Shown piece after piece: positions 1-12,867 of a stretch of DNA of 64,000 nucleotides. Made by a program: the position numbers and the translations under genes. This DNA is from Okamejei kenojei (Eukaryota), in contig CM069132.1 in NCBI GenBank assembly GCA_035221665.1, positions 31,062,001 through 31,126,000 of the forward strand, in the 5' to 3' direction. Numbering within the stretch: position 1 is the stretch's first letter; the number at the start of each line of letters is the position of its first letter. The notes beneath the pieces are model-generated. The model worked only from the letters and a program-made list of their open reading frames with translations, had not been told where the DNA came from and searched no databases.

Positions 1-631
1 GGAAAACAAAACACAATTTCCCGTCCATTCGCTTGTGCTGATAAAACCGCGACCAATTAACCTGATCCTAGTACTTAGTTTAAAAAAAACTAAAACCTGG
101 GTCCTTTCAAGCGGGTTACCTGGGAAATGTAGTCTTGTGTGGCGTGTGACCAGCTCGCCCCCGCCGGCAGCAGACAGCGTGCAGGGAGGAACTCCAGATG
201 CCGGGTTACACTGAAGACAGGCTCACACAAGGCTGGAGTAATAAGCGAGTTCGGTGTCATGGGATTTGTCAAAGGTCATTCGCGAAAGAAAAAAAAGCGA
301 ACATGCAGAGCGTGGTGTAACAGCGAGAGAGGGGGCAGATGCGAGGGGTTGTGTTTTGCTCACAGATGTGTTTAGTTTCACATTCTGCGGGGAGTGCCGG
401 GGTTTGCACGTTGGTTGCAGAGGCGGGCAATGTCCCCCAGTCCCAGTCCGGGGCAAGGGGAGGGGAGGAGGAATTGTGCAAGTGGCGGGGAGTTGGTGCG
501 GGGACGGGGTGTCCGGGACCTGCAGTGAAGCGGCGATAGCGAGTTCCTCTCTCCTCTCCCCATCTCTCTGTCCCCCAGTCCCTGCTTACCCCCTCCCCTC
601 CCTCCCTCAATCCCCCACTCTCCCTCCTCAC

Positions 632-1193
632 CTCCCCAGGATCTCGATGTCGGCGATGAAGTTGTACTTGAGGCGGGGGGGGGGGGGGGGGGGGGGGGGA
701 CGGGAAGGGGGAGGCCGAGGCTGCGGCCTAGTCCTTGCCCCGGATCCCGCTCCTCTCCCTCCCTCCCCGCGGGCCCGGAGCAGCAGCGCCGCCGCCCCAG
801 ACTCGCCTTTGCCCGCGGACAGGCGCCGCTCTGTAGGAAGGAATAGATAGATGCTGGTTTATGCCGAAGGTAGACACAACATGCTGGAGTTACTCGGCGG
901 GACTGGCAGCATCTTTGGAGAAAAGGAATGGGTGAGGTTTCGGGTTGAGACCCTTCTCCAGAGATGTTGCCTGGCTCGCTGAGTTACTGCAGCATGTTGT
1001 GTGTATCCCCGTTGACGACTGGCGCTCGGCTTTCGCCAGCACCGAGGCGCTTCACCCACAGCCACTGGATAAGGCGAGACGTGCAGCTGACGGTCCCCTG
1101 CCCGTCGGGGACCGGGTTCCTCTGGAGTTGGAGCAAAGTTGAGCTGCAGTTAGCGCTGGCTGTAAGACGGTGGTGTCCCGTCACCCCAGACAT
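632..1193 (-). pseudogene. htra2: HTRA2-like serine protease exon 1, disrupted by an insertion at about 832-1005 and an apparent 11-aa deletion
   Basis: The minus frame reads MSGVTGHHRL...APVVNG, then the insertion, then ERRLSAGKGESGAAALLLRARGEGGRG...PPPPRLKYNFIADIEILG-AG|GTGAGG. This resembles the end of HTRA2 exon 1 ([28 protein letters not shown], followed by an intron) but lacks [11 protein letters not shown]. The region is GC/CpG-rich. Later exons would lie left of the window. Confidence 0.65.
832..1005. mobile_element. Short Penelope-derived element, inverted (fold-back) dimer
   Basis: The arm ACACAACATGCTGGAGTTACTC...GCAGCATCTTTGGAGAA is followed by its inverted copy CTTCTCCAGAGATGTTGCC...GAGTTACTGCAGCATGTTGTGT. 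Same family as 23196-23291 and 50770-50870. Confidence 0.75.
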
Positions 1194-1313
1194 CTCCGGC
1201 TGTTTATCACCAATGACCTGGGCTTGGCAGCCGGAATACCGTACTCGCTTATTCAGCTGGTCAGGCGGCATCTCTGGAGAAAAGGAAAAGGTGACGCTGC
1301 GGGTCGAGACCTT

Positions 1314-2388
1314 TCAATTCAATTCAATCTTTAATTGTCATTGTGCAGTGTACAGTACAGAGACAACGAAATGCAGTTAGCATCTCACCCAGAAGAGCGA
1401 ACATAGAATAATGAACGGTAAAGTATATATATGTACAAGCAGTATCTGTAGTCCAATTTTACTGGGGGAAGAAGTGTCCGTGGCGAGGGGGGGGGGGGGG
1501 GTGACTGGCAATCACCCAGTAGTGTAACAGCCGCAGGGAAGAAGCTGTTCCTGAACCTGCTGGTCCGGCAACGGAGGGACCTGTAGCGCCTCCCGGATGG
1601 GAGGAGGGTAAACAGTCTGTGGCTGGGGTGAGAGCCGTCCCTGACGATGCTGTGCGCCCTTTGCAGACATCGCTTGCTCTGGACAGACTCAATGGAGGGG
1701 AGTGAGGAACCGGTGATGCTTTGGGTGGTTTTCACCACCCTCTGCAGTGCTTTCCGGTCAGAGACAGAGCAGTTGCCGTACCATACTGTGATACAGTTGG
1801 TAAGGATGCTCTCGATGGTGCAGCGGTAGACGTTCACCAGAATCTGAGGACACAGATGGACCTTCTTTAGTCTCCTCAGGAAGAAGAGACGCTAGTGAGC
1901 CTTCTTGACCAGTGTTGAGGTATTGTGGGTCTAAGAGAGGTCATCAGAGATGTTGACCCCCAGAAACCTGAAGCTGGAAACACGTTCCACCTCCGCCCTG
2001 TTAATATGGATGGGGGTGTACGTGCAGCCCCTAGACCTTCTGTAGTCCACAATGAGCTCCTTGGTCTTCTTGGAGTTAAGGGCCAGGTTGTTGTCAGTGC
2101 ACCATGCTGACTCATCGTTGTCGCTGATGAGGCCAATCACCGTTGTATCATCTGCATCTGATGGTGTTAGAACCATGTACAGGTGTGCAGTCGTAGGTGA
2201 AGAGGGAGTAGAGGAGGGGGCTCAGTACACAGCCCTGTGGAACGCCGATGTTCAGGGTGAGGGTTGAAGAGGTGTGGTTGTCCAACCTAACAGACTGGGG
2301 TCTGTTAGTTAGAAAGTCCAGTAACCAGTTGCAGAGGGAGGGGTTGATGCCCAGGTCGCTGAGTTTGGTGATCAGTTTTGAGAGGATA
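1314..2388 (-). mobile_element. Rex1/Babar (L2-like) LINE 3' fragment with internal deletion
   Basis: RT peptides [42 protein letters not shown] and YRCTIESILTNCITVWYGNC; short ATTGA-repeat 3' tail near 1314-1335. Confidence 0.85.
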
Positions 2389-3049
2389 AATGGTGTTAAA
2401 TTCTTCAGACCACTAGTGGCATGTTTGTTTAAAGGAATTGCCCAGGAGAGCAATCACGACACAAATTATTTTGACCCCAAAAAACCGGGCATTGCAAGTA
2501 ATGACGATGCGCACCAAATAAATATACTATGTATAAGAAGATGGATGTTTATTTTGAAGATCATGTCCTAATTCCACCCTATTTACATGCTGAGACTTTG
2601 TTAAACGCTGCATTATGTGAATGGCACGAAAGGTTTCAGAGAAAACCCAAAGTATTTCAAAGATACATATCAACCACTGTATTTTTATATTCTCACATTA
2701 TGGTTACATGTGGATTTTACATTTTTGAAATAATTCATCAATGTCTCTGTAGCCATTCATCCTTGCTTTTTACCCAGTTATCTTTAACATTCTGTTCCCA
2801 GTCATTTAGAAAATCACTTCCATTTGTGTGCAATAAAGGACCCTAATTCCAGATTAGTTTTATTGCCCTCAGCTTAGTTTATAACCTCCGATGTATGTTT
2901 CAATTTATTGCTGTGGCATCTAAATGCCATGATAAATATTTTTATTGCCTCTCCTAACAACTTTAAATTCCCTTCACGATGTTGGCCTCTTTTCTCATAC
3001 TTCCCCAGTATGTAATCTGTTGGGTTAAACACATTCCAAACTACTCACC

Positions 3050-4335
3050 CCCGACCTCTACCTTTGTTACATCGACGACTGCTTTGGTGTCACCTCCTGC
3101 ACCCACACACAACTGACTGACTTCATCCATTTCAGCACAAACTTCCATCCGGCACTCAAATACACTTGGACCATTTCCGACATTTCCCTAACATTCCTTG
3201 ACCTCACCATCTCTATTGCAGGTGACACACTCCTGACTGACATCCACTACAAACCAACTGACTCCCACAGCTACCTGGACTACTCTTCCTCCCACCCTGC
3301 TTCCTGTAAGGACTCCATCCCCTATTCCCAATTCCTCCGTCTACGCCGCATCTGCTCCCAGGATGAGGTGTTCCACACCAGGTCATCACAAATGTCCTCG
3401 TTCTTCAGAGAACGGGGATTCCCCTCCCCCACTATAGATGAGGCTCGCACCAGGGTCTCCTCCATACCCCGCAACACTGCCCTCTCTCCCCCTTCTCCCA
3501 CTAGCAACAAGGGCAGAGTCCCCCTGGTCCTCACCTTTCACCCCACCAACCGGCACATACAACACATAGTCCTCCGCCAGTTTCGCCACCTCCAACGTGA
3601 CCCTTCCACTCGCCACATCTTCCCATCTCCCCCCCTGACTGCCTTCCACAAAGACCGCTCCCTCCGCAACTCCCTTGTCAATTCTTCCCTTCCCACCCGC
3701 TCCACCCCTTCCCCAGGCACTTTCCCTTGCAACCGCAAGAGATGCTACACTTGTCCCTTCACCTCCCCCCTCCACTCCTTTCAGGGACCCAAGCAGTCCT
3801 TCCAGGTCCGACAGAGGTTCACCTGCACCTCCTCCAACCTCATCTACTGCATCCGCTGCTCCAGATGCCAGCTGATCTATATCGGTGAGACCAAGCGGAG
3901 CCTTGACAATCGTTTCGCCGAACACCCCCACTCGGTCCGCAATAACCAACCCGACCTCCCGGTGGCTCAGCATTTCAACTCCCCCTCCCATTCCGTATCC
4001 GACCTCTCGGTCCTGGGCATCCTCCATGGCCAGAGTGAACAACACCGCAAATTGGAGGAACAGCACCTCATATTCCGCTTGGGGAGTCTGCATCCTCTGG
4101 GCTTGAACATTGAATTTTCTCAATTCTGTTAACCCTTGCTGTCTCCTCCCCTTCCCACCTCTCCCTCGGGCCCTGGCATTCCCTCTCTCTCTCTCTCTCT
4201 CTCTCCCCCACCCTAGTCGCACTAGCTTCTCATTTTCACACTACAAACAGCTTACAATGGCCTGTTTCCTTTATCATCGATACTTTTTTGCATATCTTTC
4301 ATTCATTGTTCTTTATCTCTCCACATCACCGCCTT
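3050..4335 (+). mobile_element. Penelope-like element, 5'-truncated (RT C-terminus, GIY-YIG endonuclease, 3' UTR)
   Basis: YIDD at about 3069. ORF 3368-4132 contains CNRKRCYTC, FTCTSSNLIYCIRCSRC..IYIGETKR, VAQHFN and HPLGLN. Confidence 0.9.
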
Positions 4336-4336
4336 C

Positions 4337-7300
4337 TTTACCACCCCATCTACCTGTGGTGCAACTTTCAGGGAGCTCTGCACCTGTACTCCTAGATCTC
4401 TCTCTACACTTCCCAGGGCCCTGCCATTCATTGTGAATATCATGCACACGGCACGATTAGCAAATTTGTGGATGAAACTAAAGTGGTTGGTATGGTAGAT
4501 AATGCAGATGGTTGTCAAAAATTGCAGCAGGATCTTGATTAGTTGGGCAGGTTTTTTTGATTACTTCATAAACCAATCAAATTCGTAAGAATCTATCTCC
4601 CGCATACAAAACCATGCTGACTATACTTAATCAGCTATTGGATATCCAAATGCATATATATCGTATCACTCAGAATCCTCTCCAGTAACTTGCCAACCAC
4701 AGATGTTGGTCTCACTGGTCGTAGGCTATTCCTTGCAGGTTTTCTTACAATGAGTTACATTAGCCACACTCCAGTCATCCAGTACCTCACCCATGTCTAA
4801 TAATGATTTATATAGCTCAGCCAGCACACCTGCAATTTCTTCTCCAGCTTCCTCAGATATGTCTGAGCAGGCCTGGGTGAGTTATCTACCTTCATAATCC
4901 GTAGGACGTTCAGCACCTCGACTGTAATACAACTGTCCTCAAGACATCTTCATTAACTGTCCCAAATTCTCAAGACCTCAGAGCCATACAGTGTGGAAAC
5001 ACGCATTTTGGCCCAACTTGCCCACACTGAGCAACATGCCCCACCGACACTATTCCCATCTGCCTGTATTTGGCCCACAACCCTCTAAACCTGTCCTATC
5101 CACGTGCCTGTTGTCTAAATGTATCTTAAATGTTGCCATACTATCTGCCTCTACCTTTTCCAACAGAATGTTCCATACACCCACCCCCCTATGTGTAAAA
5201 AAAGTTACCCTTCATGTTCCTATTCAATCTTAGTCGCCCCCCCCCCCCACCTTAAACCTCTGTCCTTTGGTTCTCAATGCGTAAACTCTGTGCGTTTACC
5301 TGATATATTCTTCTCATGATTTTCTACAGGCTCATCCCTCATGCTCCTGCGCTCCAAGCAATAAAGCCCTAACCTCCTCAAACTCTCCCTGTAACTCAGG
5401 CCCTCGAGTCATGGCAATACCCTCAAAATCTTCTCAGCACCCTTTCCAGCTTGACAACATCTTTCCTATAACATGTGTTACCAAAATTGAACACAATACT
5501 TTAAATGTGACCTCACCATTCACATGTCATATGAAGATGAGAAAATCGTTTTTTCACACAGAGTGGTGAATCTGTGGAATTCTCTGCCACAGAAGGTAAT
5601 TGAGGCCAGTTCGTTGGCCATATTTAAGAGTTGGATGTGGCCCTTGTGGCTGAAGGGATCAGGGGTATGGAGAGAAGGCAGGTACAGGATACTGAGTTGG
5701 ATGATCAGCCATGATCATATTGAATGGCGGTGCAGGCTCGAAGGGCCGAATGGCCTGCTCCTGCACCTAATTTCTATGTTTCTATATATAAATGCAACAT
5801 GACTTCCCAACTTCTATACTTAATACTCTGACGGATGAAGGTCAATGGGCTGAAAGCCATTTTGACCACACTATCTACTTGTGACGTCACTTTCAAGGAA
5901 CTAGGTACCTGCACTCCTAGATCCCTCTGCTCTACAACACTCGCCAGAGCCCTACCATTCACTGTGTAGGTCCTGCCCAACTTTGACTTCCCAAAATGCA
6001 ACACCTCACATTTCTCTGTATTAAATTCCATTAACCATTCCTCAACCCATCTGCCCAACTGATCAAGATCATGCTGCAATTTTTGACAGCCATCATTATC
6101 TACCAAACCACTCACTTTAATGTCATCTGCAAATGTTCTAATTGTGCCATGTACATTTTCATCCAAATCATTGATATAGATGACAAACAGCAATGGGCCC
6201 AGCACCAACCCTGAGACAGGCCTCCAGTCCAAAAAACCCCAACCTTGCACCATTACCCTCTGTATCCTTCCTTGAAGCCAATTTTCTATCCATTCAGCTA
6301 TCTCTCCTTGGATCCCATGCGATCTAACCTTCTTGGTCAACATGATGGCATAATGGTGGAGTTGCTGCCTTACAGTGAATGCAGCGCCGGAGACCCGGGT
6401 TCGATCCCGACTATGGGTGCTGTCTACAGAGTTTGCACGTTCTCCCCGTGACCTGTGTGGGTTTTCTCAGAGATCTTCGGTTTCCTCCCACGTTCCAAAG
6501 ACATACATGTACGTAGGTTAATTGGCTTGGTAAATATAAAAATTGTCCCCAGTGTGCGTGGATCGCTGGTCGGCGCGGACCAGGTGGGCCAAAGGGACTG
6601 TTTCCGCACTGTATCTATAAACTAAACTAAAGATAGATACAAAAAGATGGAGTAATGCAACGGGACAGGCAGCATCTCTGGAGAATGGCGAAAACCTTCT
6701 TCAGACTAGTCTAAACTAAAGCAGCCTACCTTTGTGGAATCTTGTCAAATACCTTGCTGAAATCCATATATACGCCTACAGCTCTGCCCTCCTCAACTGT
6801 TTTGGTCATATCTTCAAAAACTAAGTCAGATTCATGAGACGCTATCTCCCACGTACACACCTATGCTGACTATCCCTAATCAGCTCTTGTTCATCTAAAT
6901 TCATGTATTATCCATCAGAATACTCTGTAGTAACTTTCCAACCACAGATGTTAGGCTCACTGGCCTGTAGTTCCAAGGCTTTTCCCTGCAACCATTCTTG
7001 AATAGAGGTACATTTGCCACCTTCCAGTCTTCCAGCACCTGTATATAATGATGACTCGTAAATCTCAGTCAAGGCACCTGCAATTTCTTCTCTAGCTTCC
7101 CAGTGTCCTCGGATTCATCTGATCAAGAGATTTGTCTACCTTCATGTGCGCCAGGATGTTCAGCTGCTACTCGACCGCAATACTGACTGCTCTCAAGACA
7201 CTTCCATTGACTACCCTAAGTTCTCCAGTCATCATGTCTTTCTATACTTGAGAAATACTCATTGAGGACTTTGTTCATCTCCTGTGGCTTCACAGTTGAC

Positions 7301-8820
7301 CACTTTGATTCCTAAGGGGTTCCATTCTCGCAGGTTAACCTTTTTCCCTTTACATAAAATATCTTGGGATGATCCTTAATGTTATCTGCCAGGGCCATCT
7401 CCTGGCCCCTTTTTGCTCTCATTTCTCTTTTTAGCTTGCTCCTCAGTTTCCGAAACTCCTCCAGGTATACACTTGATCCCAGCTGCTTTTACCTGCCCCA
7501 GGTTTCCTTCTTATTCTTGACCAGAGTGTCAATTTCCCTAGTCATTCAGGTTTCCTTACGCTCACCTGCCTTGCCCTTCACTCTTAACAGGAACATGCAT
7601 GTCCTAGACTCTCGTCAGCAAATTTAAAACAACGCCCCATTTTCTTGATATTCTTTTTCCATTAAACAACCTGCTTGAATCAACTTGAACAAATTCCTGT
7701 CTTATACCTTTAAAGTTGGCCTTGCCCCAGTTTAGAATTTTAATTCATGGGCACACCCTGTCTCTATCCATAACTATCTTACACCCAAGAGAACAGTGGT
7801 TGCTGCTCTCAAAAGGCTCATCCCATAAACACTCCATCCACTTTGCCCCCCAGCCCCCCCAAATGTCCCAAGACTAGTTCAAGGATGGCACTGTCCCATG
7901 CGGGGCCATCTACATATTGCCCGAGGAAACTTTCCCGAACACATTTGTCAAATTTCACCCTGTCTAAACCTTTTGCGCTATGACATTCCCAGTCCATATT
8001 GGGACAGTTAAAATCCCCTACGACTACAGCTGTCTGCAAACTCCCGGCATATTTTCTCTTCTAATTCCTGTTGATGATTTGGGGGCCTGTAGTATCACTC
8101 CCAACAAGGTGATCATCCCTTTCTTGTTCCTCAACTCCTTAAATACCCTCACTGGACAAACCATCCAAAATGACACCTCTGACCACTGCCGTGACATCCT
8201 TGCTAATAACATACACCCCCTCCTCTTTTATCCCCATCTCTTTCTCCTGAAGCAACCGTACCCTGGAACATTAAGCTGCCAGTCCTGTCCCGGTTTTCCA
8301 TAATGACTACAACTTCCCAGTCGCATGACCTATCCATGCCCTAAGTTCATCTGAATTTATCCATCCAGCCTCTTGCTCTAAAAGAAGTGCAATTGAAACC
8401 AGCAGTCCTTCCTCACTCCCTGCCTTTCTCCTGCCTATTCCGTCCACTAAACTTTCTCTCATCACCCTCCGAACCAACTTCTTGCCTCTCATCTGCCTCA
8501 GTTCTGTATAGGATCACACCCACCTGCCAATCTAGTTTAAACCTACCCATGTAGTACTAGGGAACCTGCCTGCCAGGATATCGGTCCCCCTCCATTTAAG
8601 GGGTACCGACTTTCATCCTTCTACCTGCCTCACTACTTCACTGAATCCTCCCAAGTAACACCAGCAAATTTGTCCACCAAGATATTGGTCCCCCTCCAGT
8701 TCAGGTGTACTCATCCATTTTGAACTGGGGATCTCTTCTGCGGGAGAGGTGACAATGTTTCAAAAATCTGTGTCCCTGCCTCTGCACCAACTCATCAGCC
8801 ACAAATTCACCTGTGTAATT
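4337..8820 (-). mobile_element. Cluster of degraded CR1 LINE fragments, mostly minus; one plus-strand 3' end at about 5537-5785
   Basis: Peptides LGPLLFVIYINDLD, FADD, KCEVLHFG, RDLGVQV and VVGDFNCP..DW; CR1 tail CTGCACCTAATTTCTATGTTTCTAT. Confidence 0.85.
6348..6630 (+). mobile_element. tRNA-derived HE1/V-SINE-like SINE
   Basis: A-box-like head, B-box GGTTCGATCCC, core GGGTGCTGTCT...GTTTGCACGTTCTCCCCGTG and CTAAA-repeat tail; several related copies in the window. Confidence 0.8.
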
Positions 8821-9082
8821 TTTTTAATTCTTAGGTTATGGCTGAAAAGAGAATATCTTGTACAATGTTGAATGTATTTATTTTGGTTCTTATACATCAC
8901 AAAAAATAAGTAGCAGTGATAAAAACAAGTCTGAACTATTAAAAAAAAACTTCAGAATTGAGATCATTTTCGCAGCGGCATGACATTTTAAACATCAAAT
9001 TATTACTACACATCTACTATGTTTTAATACTACTTTCACCATCAAAATTATATTCTTTAAATTTTATTTGTTCAGTCATGTG

Positions 9083-9241
9083 CAGGTCCTCCCTGGGTTA
9101 CGAATGCGCAATTTATGGGCAGCCTGTACATACGAGTTGTGGCATATTTTGCCTTGTGGGAACTTGGTTCAAGGCTGTGATTCTGACTTGCGAACTATTC
9201 AGGTTATAAACAGCTCTCTGTCGCAACCTGAGGAGGACCTG
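9083..9241. mobile_element. Tc1/mariner (Tigger-like) MITE
   Basis: TIRs CAGGTCCTCCCTGGGTTACG and CGCAACCTGAGGAGGACCTG; TA on the right flank, TG on the left. Confidence 0.6.
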
Positions 9242-10087
9242 TAAATACAGAGTTGAAAAAAATGTTTCAGTGAAATTTTGATTGTGGAAATTACCTTAAC
9301 CCAAACGATAATCAGGGATATTTTATACACTTCATTCAACAGATTTATTCAGTAAAAGCAAACAGCTGCTTGCTGAATTCAGGATGGGAAAGCCCCCATT
9401 AAATCTGGTGACTATCAGGTTTGGTCTGAGATGCACAAAACTGATGCTTAACAGTACAATAATCCAAAATAAACAAGAATATATTCCAAATTCTGTTAAA
9501 ATATCCTTGTCAGAAACACAAATCACTACAATTTGAGCCTTTAATACGTTTGTATATTTTACTAATATAGATGGCAGATATGATCATGAGATCTTATATT
9601 TATTAAAGTATTGTTATTTCATCACCATTTTAATGTACAAACAATTGAAGGTTCACAGATTACTTTCCTTAACTCAATGGGTTTCCCAGACTCCAGTTCA
9701 GATGAAATAATCTGATTTGGACTTTTCACAAGTTATCTGAGGTACCTACATTTATGCCCTTTCTCTTTGATAAAGTATACTAAAATAAAACTACAGTGGA
9801 ATAAAGAAAAAAAAAATTCCCTACTATTTACAAATACAAGCTGTTGGCAGCACTTAAATTCAGTTATTCTTCATTTTCTTCATGTTTGCATTTTTAAACA
9901 ATAGTCCAGAGGCGAAAACTGCAGATTTTAACTTCTTCCCAATTTTCACATGTCCTTGTCACTTTGTATGGGTTCCAGTGACCAAAGAGTGTAAACATTT
10001 GGCCAGGTAGGTTTATCAGGATCTTTTTTTGTTTTAATGGGTCAGCTGCAGGAAGATACTCTAGTTGAGATTAACCCCATTACAACT

Positions 10088-11690
10088 CAAAATTAGGCAA
10101 GAAATGGTGTTGGGTAGACTGATGGGACTGAAGGCTGATAAATCCCCAGGGCCTGATGATCTGCATTCCAGAATACTTAAGGAAGTGGCTCTAGAAATCG
10201 TGGACACATTGGTGATCATTTTCCAATGTTCTATAGATTCAGGATATGTTCCTGTGGATTGGAAGGTAGCTAATGTCATCCCACTTTTTAAGAAGGGCAG
10301 GAGTGAGAAAATAGGGAATTATAGACCAGTTAGCCTGACATCGGTGGTGGGGAAAATGCTGGTGTCAATTATAAAAGATGAAATAGCGGCACATTTGGAT
10401 AGCAGTAATAGGATCGGTCTGAGTCAGCATGGATATACGAAGGGGAAATAATGCTTAACTAATCTTCTGGAATTTTGTGAGGATGTAATTAAGAAAATGG
10501 ACAAGGGAGAGCCAGTGGATGTAGTGTACCTGGACTTTCAGAAAGCATTTGATAAGGACCCACATAGGAGATTAGCGGGCAAAATTAGAGCACTTGGTAT
10601 TGGGGGTAGGGCATTGACATGGATAGAAAATTGGTTGGCAGACAGGAAACAAAGTATAGGTATTAACAGGCCCCTTTCAGAATGGCAGGCAGTGACTAGT
10701 GGGGTACTGCAAGGCTCAATGCTGGGACTGCAGCTATTTACAATATATATTAATGATTTAGATGAAGGGATTAAAAGTAACATTAGCAAATTTGCAGATG
10801 TCACAATGCTGGGTGGCAGTGTGAACTGGGAGGAGGATGCTATGAGGGTGCAGGGTGACTTGGACAGGTTTGGTGAGTGGGCAGATGCATGGCAGATGCA
10901 GTTTCATGTGGCCAAATGTGAGGTTATCCACTTTGGGATAACCTCACATTTGGGAAACAGGAAGGCAGATTATCATCTGAATGGTGTCAAGTGGGGAAAA
11001 AGGGAAGTACAACGAGATCTGGGGGTCCTTGTTCATCAGTCACAGAAAGTAATCATCCAGGTACAGTAGGCAGCGAAGAAAGCCAAATGGCATCTTGTCC
11101 TTCCAAACAAGAGGAGTTGAGCATAGGAGCAAAGAGGTCCTTCTGAAGTTGTACAGGGCACTCGTGAGACCACACCTGGAGTATTGTCTGCAGTTTTGGT
11201 CTCCAAATTTGTGGAAGGACATTCTTGCTATTGAGGGAGTGCAGCAAGGTTAATTCCCGGGTTGGTCATAAGTTGATGGAGTAGAGCGGATGGGCTTGTA
11301 TACTCTGGAATTTAGGATGAGAGGGGATCTTATTGCAACATATGATTATTAACGGTTCGGTCACGCTAGACGCAGGAAACACGTTCCCGATATTGGGAGA
11401 GTCCAGAACCAGGAGCCACAGGTTAAGAATAAGGGGCAAGCCATTTAGAACGGAGATGAGGAAAAACATTTTCACAGATGATTGTGAATCTGTGGAATTC
11501 TCTGCCTCAGAAGGCAGTGGAGACCAATTCTCTGTATGCTTTTAAGAGAGAGTTTGATAGCGCTCTGAAAGATAGCGGAGTCAGGGGAAAAGGCAGGAAC
11601 GGGGAACTGAGTGTGGATGATCAGTCATGGTCACAGTGAATGGCGGAGCTGGCTCAAAGGGCCGAATGGCCTTCTCCTGCACCTATTGTC
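10088..11690 (+). mobile_element. CR1 LINE, 5'-truncated ORF2 and 3' end
   Basis: KSPGPD, NYRPVSLTSVVGK, YLDFQKAFDK, YINDLD, KFAD, RPHLEYC; 3' UTR GGCCGAATGGCCTTCTCCTGCACC. Confidence 0.92.
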
Positions 11691-12060
11691 CAATATTGAC
11701 GAGCAACAATTTACAAAAGGATTTGCTGAATCGTAACCCAGGCTAGGAGGCCCAACCAATATTCCCTCTCCCTATGATGGGTGTTGCGACCAGGTTCCTT
11801 AATTTCAGTAGTCAATACTGACTGGTAAATGAACAAAGCTAGATGTTCTATAATGGTGGGAAAACGGGTCATTAAAAGGAGCCCCTTAATTTTTTTTAAA
11901 GTGAATTTAGCAATATATTTGAATACCTCTTCGAAAAGCAAGAAAAACATTGTCCTTGCACTTAATTGCAGGACCAAGAAGTAATTTGGTTTAAAATAAC
12001 ATCTCCTTTCAATATTGGAAACTACCTTATTTAAGATATTTTGCACTGAAAAATAAAGAC

Positions 12061-12325
12061 GGCACAGTGGTAGAGTTGCTGCCTTACAGAGCCAGTGACC
12101 CAGTTTCAAACGTGACTATGGGTGCTGTCTGTATGGAGTTTGTAGTTTTTCCCAGTGACCCCATGGGTTTCTGCCCACATTTCACAGATGAACAGGTTTG
12201 TAGGTTAATTGGCTTTGGTAAAAATTGTAAATTGTCTCTCGTGTGTTGGATAGTATTAGTAGATGGGGTGATCGCAGGTTGCCGCAGACTCGAAGGACCT
12301 ATTTCTATGCTGTATCTCTGAAGTT
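12061..12325 (+). mobile_element. HE1-like SINE
   Basis: GGCACAGTGGTAGAGTTGCTGCCTTACAG head and shared core. Confidence 0.75.
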
Positions 12326-12867
12326 TAAAGATGGTTATTTTATATATAAAACCTTAAAATATGCATTTACAAATATATGTGTCTTTTTACAATACTGCAC
12401 ACAAAAATGTGACAAAGGGGATCAAATTTCAAATTCCTTCCAAAAAGTTGACAAGCACTTTACTCGGTTCATGACTAACATAGTATCAACAAAAAATATA
12501 AGAAATGATAGCATGTTGATGGCAAGTTTCCGAAAAAGATATCTGAATACACAAATACATTTTGTGTGACGGTGGTCGCGTGGTGTCCACCAGTGACCTG
12601 GTTGGCACAGCAAGTGCACGCATTCCTTTCTATTTTTATGAATACCATATGAAACAATAAAATTGCAAACACCGTTTCCACTTCATTCACCTGGTCATGT
12701 AGTAGAAAACTGCATTCATCTGAGTGGACACTGCAACGTGCGTTACACATCATATACACAAAAGTACATTGTGGTGGACACTAAAAGGTTTGGTGTCCCA
12801 GAAAACAAATGTTACATTATTAGCAAAAACCAAACATTTTCACCGTAATCTAAACGGTACATTACCT

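Noticed and set aside
254-850. 198-aa plus-strand ORF
   Set aside because: GC-rich antisense shadow of the HTRA2-like exon and intron; low complexity and no recognisable domain.
3386-4222. 278-aa minus-strand ORF
   Set aside because: Antisense shadow of the C-rich Penelope ORF.
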